A DNA stretch of 64,000 nt from Gekko japonicus (taxonomy: Eukaryota): assembly GCF_001447785.1 (NCBI RefSeq), contig NW_015162061.1, positions 64,887 through 128,886 on the forward strand, in the 5' to 3' direction. The position numbers and the translations under genes were made by a program. Of this stretch, positions 25,853 to 36,392 are shown in pieces (position 1 is the stretch's first letter; each line of letters begins with the position of its first letter). Below the pieces are notes generated by a model. The model ran no database searches, was not told where the DNA came from, and saw only the letters and a list, made by a program, of their open reading frames with translations.

Positions 25853-26235
25853 CTATTTTTTTTTGGTTATGGAATGTTTATAAGATAATTTTTACTCCAC
25901 TGCTCACTTGTTGTATTTCGATTGTTAGAAAAAGTGACCAAAGCCAGTTTCAGTTATACTATTCATTGCAAGGGACCATGAGAAACTTGTGAAAACAGGT
26001 GCAAATGCAACTCAGATCTCAAGCTTACTGGGCAAGACACCCACTCATCAGCCTAAACTCTCTCTCAGAGGCTTGCTGCAAGGCTAAAATGATGTTCTGA
26101 ATGCACTACCATATTGTCTTACAGACAGCAACCCAAAAAAAGATGTATGCTGTTACTGTCTGGGACAAAATGCACCTTCAAAGTATCTATCAGTAAGCCA
26201 CAGAATTTAGAAGTATTTGTTTCAGTTTTACATAC

Positions 26236-26360
26236 CTTTGTTGCATATGTTGGTTTTTCTATAGCTTCATCCCCAATAAAGAAATCCAAATCATCCACAC
26301 CTTTCATAACCCTTCTTTGTGCTTGATCGACAACTTTGGCTGACTCCTTAATAGCAATAC
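26236..26360 (-). CDS. ACTR3: ACTR3 exon 3 (125 nt; [41 protein letters not shown])
   Basis: Contained in ORF 26119..26385; AAG acceptor and GTATG donor; reading phase continues from exon 2 (split TGT Cys). Confidence 0.97.
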
Positions 26361-27213
26361 CTTTGATAAAGAAAAGATCGTCCAATTACAAAGACACTTC
26401 TGTCCCAACATCACAGAATTATGTTGCATGCATATGGAAAGTCTTAGAGCTAACAAAATGTGTCAAAAAATACAATTATCTCTGCAGGTTTTTTGTTCTT
26501 AGATGCCAAAAAGGCCTTTGATAGGGTAGAACCAAGCTATTTAATTAAATGCCTTAATCACTTTGGTGAAAACTGGGCAAGTATAACATACTCTGGTTCT
26601 ACCACCAGATTGTGTATACATAGGGAGCTCTCTCAACAGTTCGATATAATGAAAGGAGTAACACAAGGGTGCCCTCTATTAGCGTTATTATTTGCTATTT
26701 ATCTAGAACCCTTTGCAGCTTTAATCCGTCGAACACCTAATATAAAGTGAATAACTGTAAATGAGTACTGTTACAAACTAAATTTATATGCTGATGATAT
26801 TGGTAATGTTTGTAACTAATATTAAGAATTCGAGCATGAAAACAGAGGATATGATAGAGGAATTTGGAAATATTTCTGGTTACAAAATTAGCATTGCTAA
26901 AACAGAGACTCTTCTGTTTAATTTTAAAGAAAGTGATTATTGTGTTTGTGGCCTGTTAAAAAAAGTTAAACCAGTGTTGTTAAATATCTTCGTATTTATA
27001 TCCCAAAAAGCACTAAAGATCTGTATCGCTTGAACTTTGAATAAGTCACGAAGGAAATTAAAAACCTATTATCCACCTGATCACAGTTAAAACTAATGTT
27101 GCTACGTAAGATAAATTTAATTAAAATGTCAATACTACCTAAACTGAAATTTCTGTTTTGGAATGTTCCTGTACTGATACAGGAACCTGAGTTTAAAAAC
27201 ATACAAAAATGTT

Positions 27214-28314
27214 CAGCCAGGGAAAATAGCCAGTTACTTTTATAATCTAGATCACCCTTATAATCGTACAGCTTTTACATTGGCCCAACTAAATATTTTC
27301 CCCTCAAAAATATTAACTGGTCAGTATAACTAAGTCCCTTTCCATGAAATGCTGGGGTGGCATCCCTGATGGATTAAAATACCCTGGTCCTGTTCCTACA
27401 CCTGATAGACACCTGCCTGTCTGGTGTTGGGGGGATTATGTTTAAAGGCATCAGGGAGGCTGGGCCAGCAGCAGGGCTAAGGCAATCTTACTGAGCAAAC
27501 CTCCCCGGTGGCTGTAAGCATCCCACCTCCTCTCCTACACCTGACAGGCAGCTGCCTGTCCAGTGTAGGAGGGGGAGGGGGAAGAGTATTAGAAGCTACT
27601 GTGGAGGCGGGGCTGGCAGGACCACTAAGGTGTTACTGCTGGGGCGGGCTCCCTCGTGGCTTTAAGCACCCTGCAACTGCTGCTGCACCTAACAGACAAC
27701 TGCCTGTCAGGTGTAGGAGGGGAGAGCATGTTTGAAGCCATAGGAAGGCTGGGCCAGCAGCTTTGCTTCACCTCACAGGCAGTTGGTCACTCCTGATTTC
27801 CTCAACTGTCATTAGCACTCTGTACTCCCCTGTAACTGTTTTTTTTTACCTCAGAACACTGAGCTCTGCAGCTGACCAATCAGTGAGTGAGGGGTTGCAA
27901 GGAGGCAGCAGCCTGGCAGCATAGGAATCAATGGGGGGAGCACATGTTACCCCCTTTTGACCCACTTAGGGGTCGAATTTCTAAAAATCCCTTCTTAGTG
28001 AGCATCTATGTCACAGTAGGAGCACTCTCCCTGAATTTGGTGTTTCTAGGTCCAATGGTTTGGCCTTGCGTTGATTTTACGGTGAGGGGATTTTTTTTTA
28101 TATAGATAGATGACAGAATAATCCAATGTCTATTAAATGACACAAGCCCAGACATCACATCTCCGGTCGTTAGATTCTTGGCTGAAACGGTTAAAGATAG
28201 ATACAAGTTTTCTGTATGATCAGTCTTGTTTTGCTGTCTCTGTAATGCCTTCTTGCTCATATTTTATCATACCATGTATTTTATTGATATGCCATTAAAA
28301 GTATTTGATTTGAT
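27214..28314 (+). mobile_element. RTE-X-like LINE 3' fragment nested in the L1
   Basis: Exact 12-bp TSD TACAAAAATGTT at 27202-27213 and 28315-28326. Peptides ASYFYNLDHPYNRTAFTLAQLNIFPS and LLNDTSPDITSPVVRFL; tail GCCATTAAAAGTATTTGATTTGAT. Confidence 0.75.
27350..28110 (-). mobile_element. Non-autonomous Helitron-like element nested in the RTE-X fragment (3' end lost)
   Basis: Minus-strand 5' end A|TCTATCTATATAAAA at 28111/28110. The subterminal block 27950-28080 resembles, from memory, Lep1-type Helitrons. It interrupts the RTE-X coding frame. Confidence 0.55.
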
Positions 28315-28672
28315 TACAAAAATGTTTACCTAACTTTATCTGGAATTATAAGAGATCTAGGATTAATTTTCAAGATGCCCAGGATAAGATCGTTAGAGGG
28401 AGCTTGGGAATTCCCAGTATTCAAAAGCATAACTATTCGGCTAGAACAGGCTTGATAACTAGATGGATAAAAGAAGATAAAGACACAACATTGACCCTAG
28501 TTGAGCAATCGTTTGTGTCTTTAAGAGTCTGGATTTGGTTGAATAAGAGATAAAAATAGTTATCATGCTAAGGAAAATGTTTGTTATCAATGCCTTAGAA
28601 AATGCTTGGATAAAGGTCAGACCAAAATTAGTTCCTGGAATACCACCACTGGCTTCTGTATAAGATCTAAAG

Positions 28673-29842
28673 CAGGGGTGTAAACGTGTGGCCCGTGGGC
28701 CAGATCAGGCCCTCAGAAGGCACCAATCTGGCCCGCAAGGGCCTGGCTGTTTCCTACGTCCTTTTCCAGTTCTGCTGCTGCCACCACATCACAGCTGGCT
28801 TTACCAGTCTCTCTCAATCACAAAGGAGAGATAGATAGGCAAGGCTCTCCTGTGAGATTGAGAGTCTGGTAAAGGCTCCTCCCACTCCTCCTCCCGGGGG
28901 GTGATGAGGGAGGGAACAGCCAGAGCTTGCTGCTGGAGACAAAGGGAAGCCTTTCTTTCCTTCCACTAGCTGAGGCTCCTCCCTGAAGGGGGGGAGGGAA
29001 CAAGCTTTGCTGGGCTGCCACAATTGCACAAGAGAAATACCAAGCACCTTTAAGAGCAACAAAGTTTTGTTCAAGGTATGAACTTCTTTGTACCTTTTTA
29101 CAGTGTGTGCTTTTGTTGTTCGGCTCTTTATGCCAGGGCTTTCCTGGGTGTTGGGTTCCCTCCCCCTTTTCACTGTATTCATGCCATCATGAACCAGGCT
29201 TTCTCAGTAAGAAAGGCATGTAAACTATTTTAGAGGAGGAATAACGACAAGCCGAATTAGGCTGAGAGTGTGGATTAGGCTGAGAGTGTGTGTCCAGACC
29301 AAGATCACCCAGCACATTTCCTTTGTAGAACGTTGTAGTTATTTCTCAGGGAAGACTATAGATTTACAGACAAACACAATGGTCTCAGTCTGTGTCAGAG
29401 TGCCTTCTCGTGTTCTTGATCAGCACATGAAACAACTTATGTAGAAAAGGTTGCAATGCCCAGCCATTTCATTTTCCCAACCTGGGTCCTAGGCTCAGAA
29501 CACTGAGCATGAGAGTTGTGTAATCAATGTCAATAAATCAAAAAGTAGGTTTGCAGCTTAGATACACACCTGAACAGTATACTCAAGATTACAACAGCAC
29601 AGACATTTTGATGCAATAATTCAGAGCTAGAGGTGTCAGTTATCAGAGACTGTTAAAATACAAGTGTTTTAAGAATGTTTTATTTAAAGTTTAAAAAATC
29701 TTTAATTGTGTTTGTCTGTGTCCTTTATAAAGCTGATATCTCCACTACCTGGCATTACATTTTATGACACACATGGCCCGGCCCAACAAGGTCTCATTTT
29801 TGTCAGATCTGGCCCTCATAACAAATGAATTTGACACCCCTG
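28673..29842 (+). mobile_element. hAT-type MITE, long variant, nested in the L1
   Basis: TIRs CAGGGGTGT(C)AAAC and TTTGACACCCCTG; ends homologous to the 10405 and 50023 copies; about 730 bp of extra internal sequence; flanking 8-mers do not match. Confidence 0.8.
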
Positions 29843-31861
29843 TTATAGACAACAAAATATGTGGCAGGGTATGAGCTTTCGTGAGTCACTGCTCAGTTCT
29901 TATCAGTAGGACCTTTCTCCCTATAAATTAGCAAAAATATACTAAGGGGCTAATGGGGATTGTTGGGTATGTGGGGCTACCAATGCCAATTTTATACACA
30001 TCTGAGGGGAGGGGAGGAGAGCAGTATAGTTCTGGAATACAATTATCTCCTAAGGATATCATGTCAAATTCCTTTTTAAAGATATCTGTGAATTTGTTGT
30101 TAATGCCATAACATCTGTAAGGCTAATTTTTGCTCAGAATTGGAAAAAGAACATAATCCCAAAGAAAGAGGACTGGTTAGAGAAATTAGCAGAATGTTTT
30201 CATCTATGTAGAATAACTTGTTTACTACATGGCCAAATGTGTGACAAATTTGGAAAATGCAATGCTTTCTTGTCTAGAATGAGAAATTAATTTTGAGCTT
30301 ATGTAATTGATGTTTTACAATAGCTTGGTAGATTGTATTTCAGGAATTTGTCTTTATTAGTTTTATTTCTATATTGTTTTATCAAAAATAAAGTATTAAA
30401 AAAGAAGTATGTTGCATGCTGTACTAATACTGGAGGAGGTGAGTATTCTTATGACTAGGAAATATGTAATATCTATAGGATGCATTTAAAAAACAACTTT
30501 CTCATTTAAATTCACTTAAGAATTTGTAACAAGGCATTAGAGCATTAAAACATAATACTAGTACTTCAAGCTAAGTTCCAAATCAATTAATATTTGTACA
30601 GATGATTAATTTACCACAATCCCTAATATGCTTTTCATTCAAACCAATCTGAATGAACATGCTTATAATTTTAACATGCCAGTTCACTTAAATCTTCTCA
30701 TATTGGTTCAGACATTTGAAAGGGTTATTTTGGGTAACATAAAGCCAGGCCATTGAAAGCAAATGACCGCAGTGTGAACTGTGGCACTGATGCAGAAAAC
30801 ATGGGGAAGGATCCAATGTAAAATTTCTACTAATATGGTGGGGGGATTGTTATCAATTTCCCCTGCGTGCTGTTCTCTAGAGGTTTCCTATCCTCCAGAA
30901 ACACCATTTCAAGGGGCAGTTTGGGCTGCAGCAGAAAGGATGAGGCAAGGAAGCATCTATCAGTAAGGCTTTTCCATGCGATTCAAGCCCTGTTTTGACG
31001 AAGGTCAGTGTGAATTTACTCTACTACTCATTACAATAGACAGCCTTGTATGAAAAAATAGTAAAGAAGATTAACATACAGAGGACAGCAGATTATATTA
31101 CTACAATTTAGCTAAGTAACAACTTTTTCTCTATTGTCTTGAGGGAGAGACAGCACAAATGAAGAAGACTTAGCAACTCGTTAGTATCAGGGACTGATGG
31201 AAGAAAACTGCAACTACTTAGTGTGTTGGCTATGCATGACCGACAGAAATCCTCTATTCCCCAAATACAACTTCTGTATATTTTCTATGGAAAAACGTCC
31301 TACACAACAGTCTTGTATCCCATTTCCATAGCTTTTATCCCAGACTACTCACAAGTAACATATCTAGAATAAAAAGGAGGAAATTTTAAAAACCTCTTTC
31401 ATGTCTACTCTTCCACAAATTAAATGCATTGCAATGTCATCCTCTCAGCTTGTGCCCAGGCTGCTAACTCCACTATTCTTTCTCTGAGACTTTGGGACAT
31501 TTCCTTGCCACAAAGGAATGCACTTCCACTGCCTTATATTCTTATCCCCCCCCCGACCTTTAGAAATTCTGCCTAAAGCCCTTACTCTCAACATGTAGAT
31601 CATCAAAACAGACAACCCAGCTTGGCAGACCAAAGTCAGGTAAATTCCTTCGCTTTGTTCCCTGCTTTTATTTAAAACTCTCCCCCTTTTTAAATTCCTT
31701 TCCTATTCCCCCCCCCATGGCTGTTCCCTGGTGCAGAATTCTCATTCAGCCAGAGGCTTGACCCTCTTTGTCTATATCTCTGAACTCTTCATACACAGAT
31801 CCTTCTGAACACATCAATTTCACTGTTGAGCACCTTTTCAATTCCTGTACCCCTACATTTG

Positions 31862-32078
31862 TCCTGAACTGGATAGCTCAGGCTAGCCCAATCTTGTCAG
31901 ATCTTGGAAGCTAAGCAGGGCTGGCCCTAGTCAGTATTTGAATAGGAGACCACCGAGGAATACCAGGGTCACAAAGGAGAGGAAGGCAATGGCAAACCAC
32001 CTCTGAACGTCTCCTGCCTTGAAAGCCCTACAGGATCAGCATAAGTCAGCTGCAACATGATGTCCAAAAAAAAAAAAA
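31862..32078 (+). mobile_element. 5S rRNA-derived SINE
   Basis: Same 5S-like head, GGCAATGGCAAACCACCTC body and poly(A) tail. Confidence 0.82.
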
Positions 32079-32567
32079 TGGTCATCCTTGGCAGAAATAA
32101 TAATGACAAGATTGTGTGGTGTAATATAGAGAGAGTAGGTGTAAGAGAAGTCCAAGTCACTGCTTAATGAGCTCACTGCTCACTCTATAGAATTCTTGGC
32201 AATTCTTCTGACTCACTCTAAGTTTCTAGTGCAGTTGGCAGAAACTATTTGTGAAATATTGTGGTTTCCAAGTCACAAAAAAAATCAAATGACAGTTTCT
32301 GGGAACCTACACTTCTGGAAGGAACAGCCAATAACCTTTACTTGGCTACATATCATCTACCCAGTCCTAGAGCTGATCAGGTACACTAACAGCACAAGTC
32401 TATTAATACATTTGCCAGCCTGGAGCACACAAGTCAAAAACATCCCTTCATGAACAGCCATGTGTAAGCGGTGTAATTTTGCTGCTTACCATCAGAATAC
32501 TGGTATCTTAGAAAGAACAATACATTCTGACTGTATGAACTGGACACTGAAAAAGAACTATGTTAGC

Positions 32568-32825
32568 ATGTTTGGTGTAGTGGTTAAGACTCTGATCTGG
32601 GAGAATCGGGTTAGATTCCCCACTCCTCCACTTGCACCTGGCTGGATGGCCTTGGGCAAGCCATAGTTCTGATAAGGGCTGTTCTTGGAAAAGAGCAGTT
32701 TCTGTCAGAGCTCTCTCAGCCCCACCTACCTCACAGGGTGTGGGGAGGGGAAGGGAAAGGAGTTTGTAAGCCGCTCTGAGACTCCTTTGGGTAGTGAAGG
32801 GTGGGGTGTAAATCCAATATATTAT
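32568..32825 (+). mobile_element. tRNA/CORE SINE (Squam3/MIR-like)
   Basis: Same head, CORE and tail as the 4762 and 53803 copies. Confidence 0.85.
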
Positions 32826-32902
32826 TTAAAGATGGGAGCTGTTCTAACAATGTAAGGAAGTACCTAGTTTGGACTTGTACTGCACAAAAATGAAAAGCTT
32901 TG

Positions 32903-35900
32903 GAAATGGAACTTTGGATACTCACTGTGAGGGTTCCTTCTGCTCTGAGGTTAAGGAGGGCATCTTGGAATGGGGGATTCTTACCAACTGATCAGGTAGG
33001 CAGGACTAAACTCTTCAACTTTCAGTCTCCCGGGTGGGAGTCGCCCCAGCTCAGTTTGGTTACTTCTCAAGCTCATGAACTCAGGAACCAGAAGGAACAG
33101 AACAAAAAATGAAGTAACAACCAGAATAGGTCACTGTTAGAAGTATAACAGATGACAGTTGGTACCTGGCAACAAAGGGTGGAAGTTTATAGCTTTTGAT
33201 GAACGGCCTCTAAAGGAAGGCCAGCGGATGGCCCAGGCCAGCTTTGAAGGGGTTGAGGTGCTTGCATTGCATCTGAAAAATTGCAGGATGTGCTTCAAGA
33301 AATAGGATTAGCCCTATCTCAGTTGCTGGAGCCAGTCCACCAAGACAATGCTCTGTCTCATACACAGTTTTAGGTTCAGGGTTAAATTGCTCCTCTCCAG
33401 GATCTCTAGTTGATAGAGCCGCAGGAACGACTGAAGTGGCTTGGTGTATAATTGTGCCCATAGAACTGTCTCTATGCAGGAGGTTATTAGGCCCTGGAGG
33501 CATACCAGGGACATCAGCTGGGTCGTCTTCGCTTTGATCAGATCTTTTGGCCAAGCTTGAAATCCTGGAGTCCTTGTATTCGGGAGGGAGGGGGGGACAA
33601 CATTTTTTTTTCCCAGCATATTCTGGTGCATGTCTATGATTACGCCAAGGTGTTGTAGCCCGAGATGGGGTAAGACCGCTCTTTTAGAATGAAACTGTGG
33701 ATTTCCAAGAGCTGAATGGTTCTGAGGGTATCCCTAATCGTTAGTTCCTGAGTGGGAGAACAGATCAGGATGCTTTCTAGATAAGGGTGGATTTGGATTC
33801 CTTGCTGATAGGTTAGGGCCACTAGACCAATAAAGATGTTGGATAAGAGCAAGGAGCCAATGCCAAGCCAATGGATAGAGCCCTGAACTGAAAGCAAGAC
33901 AGAGGAACCTGTGATGTCCTAGAAGGAGGGGAATATGTAAGTATGCTTCTGTGCAATAGGTGCATGTTTGATGGATCATAGAGTCTTCATGCAGAAATGC
34001 TGGTAGACCATGTACCTGTTCACATACTTCAGGTTGAGAAAGGCTCTCCAGTCCCCAAGTCTCTTGGGCACAGTAAAAATTATGGAATAAACTCCTGCGT
34101 GATGCTTGCATGAAGGAACTGGCTCTATAGCTCATATCTTTAGTAGATGTCTTTTTTCTTTTCTTTTTTGGGAGAGATTTGGGACACTGAAGCAGGCAGT
34201 CTGGGGAAATTGCAATCTTTATGGCTAAGTGGTCTGGCTAAGATTGAAGCCACTGGCTTGGAATTCCTGATGCTGGCCACCCACAGGAATGTCTCAGGTG
34301 TCATGGTTTCCTTGCTTGGCCAGCCAGTCAGGCTTGTCGTACCTGTAGGACTGAAGCTGGGATGATCTACTGGTGTGGGGGCCTCCTGAAATGGGCTTCA
34401 GGTGCTTGACCTCTGGGCCCTCCTTTGATCTGTTCTAATCCAGAACAAGGTGTGACTGAAATGAAAGGAATGAGAGGGAAAATATCTCTTATCATCCCAC
34501 TGCAGACTCTTGGGCCTCTTATTATCTCTAGTTTCCACCAGGATCCTCTTGAGACAATCCCTGAACAGCCTCCCACTCTGGAGTGGGTAGGCTTCTACTA
34601 TGGACTTCAAATGGGGAGCCATTTGCAATGCACAAAGGTATAGAGTGCACCTAGTCGTAGAGAAGCCGCCATGGAAAAGCTTGCAAATGTCACTGTGTTG
34701 AAGGAGGCATCTGCTAGGAAGGTGACCACTTTGAGAACATGGTTGGCACTCCCTATTGCCCTTCTGTTGTTGCTAGGAGTGACTGAATCAACTTCCAGGC
34801 CCACAGAATTGCTAGTGGGTTGTAGCACTGCTACCACAACATCCACTAGGGGAACCTGCAAGAATTCCATAGCATGAAGAGCCAAGGGATAAAGCCTCTG
34901 GTATCATTTGGGAAATGCCTGTTAGATATAAGCTTGGCCCACTCTTCCTTTTCATCAGCCTTTTGAAAAAATCAGGAAAAGTAAATCGATCTCCCTGAAG
35001 GAGCCCTAGGGAAAAATTCCTTATTCACCTGGGGCCTGGATTTACTCCCTAAGTGTTCCCCTCCAGGGTCAGGATTTTCTGTGAGGTCTAGGGCCAGGAT
35101 AGCTTTGGATAAGAGAGAGTGATAGTTATCCACATTGAACAGGCACAGGTGTTGGTCAGCAACTATGGGCACCTCCACTGAGCAAAACTCTCCCACCTCC
35201 CTCTTGGGTTCTGAGACTGTGACGAGAAGCTGCCCATCCCTAAGGGGCTGGACCTTATGGTTAAGTGCGGGGTCTAATCTGGGACCTTGTCAGGGGTGGC
35301 AGCAGAGGAAGAGGCTTTGTGGGCCGGGCCACCTAGGTGTGCCACTGAGAGCGAAGGTCCTGATAGGATGAAGTGTGCCCCTCCCTACACCTAGACCCCT
35401 CCTTGTGGGCAGGAAGGGTGACTTCGGTTTGGAATGCTTGGAACCTTGAGATGGGGTGGGAGAGGAGAACTCTTGCATGCCTTGCAGCTCCTCTCTCAGT
35501 GCTCTCTTTTTAAAAGTTCCATAATCTCAGCCAAGCAAGGATTCTTCCCACCCACAACCTTAGAAGGGGGGAGAAAGCACTTTACCCCCTGAAGATCTAC
35601 TCCAGAGGTTAAGGAGACCCTCTGGCTTGGGGGATCCAACAGAAGTGCCTGGTATGCCATCATAGCCCTTTGGGGGCCAAACTGGCAGCCAAGAAAGCCA
35701 GGGGGGCATCCAACAGGAGAGTCTGATGCACCATGATAGCCCCCAGGGGCCAAACTGGCAGCTGAGAGAGACGGGGGCATCCAATAGGGGAGCCTGGCGT
35801 ACCATTGTAGCCCCCAGGGGCTGAATTGGGAGTCAAGAGAGCCATTTGCACCCTAAGTACCATTTTTGTGCCTTTTTATGATGCATTTCAAAACACTTTT

Positions 35901-36392
35901 GTGCTTGAGCCTGGGACACTCTGAGCTAGGCTCAGTGAGGGAACTCTCTTGGCAAGAGACCCAAGTAAGGAGGGGAGGATCTCATCATTTTCAGATCTAA
36001 ATTTGTCTTTTTTATGTCCCACTGGAGCCTCTGAGGCTTGCTGATGGGCCATTATCTTTCACATCCCTCCAAGGAAAGAGGGGGGGCAGCAGAGAGAAAA
36101 ACTGCGAAGACAAACAAAAAGCAGCAGAGCCAAGAGGAGATGTGTTAAAGTTGTGAAGAGAAAGAGGGTCAGGGTGGAGAGGTCAAGAATCTCTCCCTCA
36201 GGTATGAAATCACTCTAGGATCAAGACAAGTAAAACTTTGCTGCAAAGCTGCACTCCCTAATGAGGCAGGAAACCAACAGAGCTGGGGTGACTCCCACCT
36301 TAGAGACAGGAAGATGAAGAGTTTAGTCCTGCCTCCCTGAGCTAGTGGTTGGAATCCCCCATTCCAAGATGTCCTCCTCTTCAGAGCAAGAA
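32903..36392 (-). mobile_element. Second DIRS1-type retrotransposon, internally deleted (about 3.5 kb), in ACTR3 intron 2
   Basis: ITRs at about 32938-33070 and 36263-36392, also visible as similar peptides in ORFs 32900+ and 36169-. It has a 35-nt 3' extension, gag-like LQVPLVDVVVAVLQ and RT remnants (EAYLHIPLL; IHPYLES). Most of RNase H, MT, YR and the ICR are not recognisable. Confidence 0.9.
35629..35843. repeat. About 72-bp x3 tandem repeat inside the DIRS gag-like region
   Basis: Units start GGGGG(C)ATCCAA at about 35629, 35701 and 35773, each containing ATAGCCC/GTAGCCC...GGGGC. Confidence 0.8.

Larger units (their letters stand above)
26432..30402 (+). mobile_element. 5'-truncated L1/Tx1-clade LINE, decayed and interrupted by nested insertions
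   Basis: RT motifs LDAKKAFDRVE, GVTQGCPL and LYADD; C-terminal CWxCG...H remnant near 29960; AATAAA plus A-rich tail. 17-bp TSD AGAA(T/G)TATGTTGCATGC at 26415-26431 and 30403-30419. Confidence 0.88.

Noticed and set aside
27395-27790. Regularly spaced palindromic repeats resembling a CRISPR array
   Set aside because: The context is a vertebrate intron, the spacers are homologous to one another and there are no cas genes. It is a TE-internal minisatellite.
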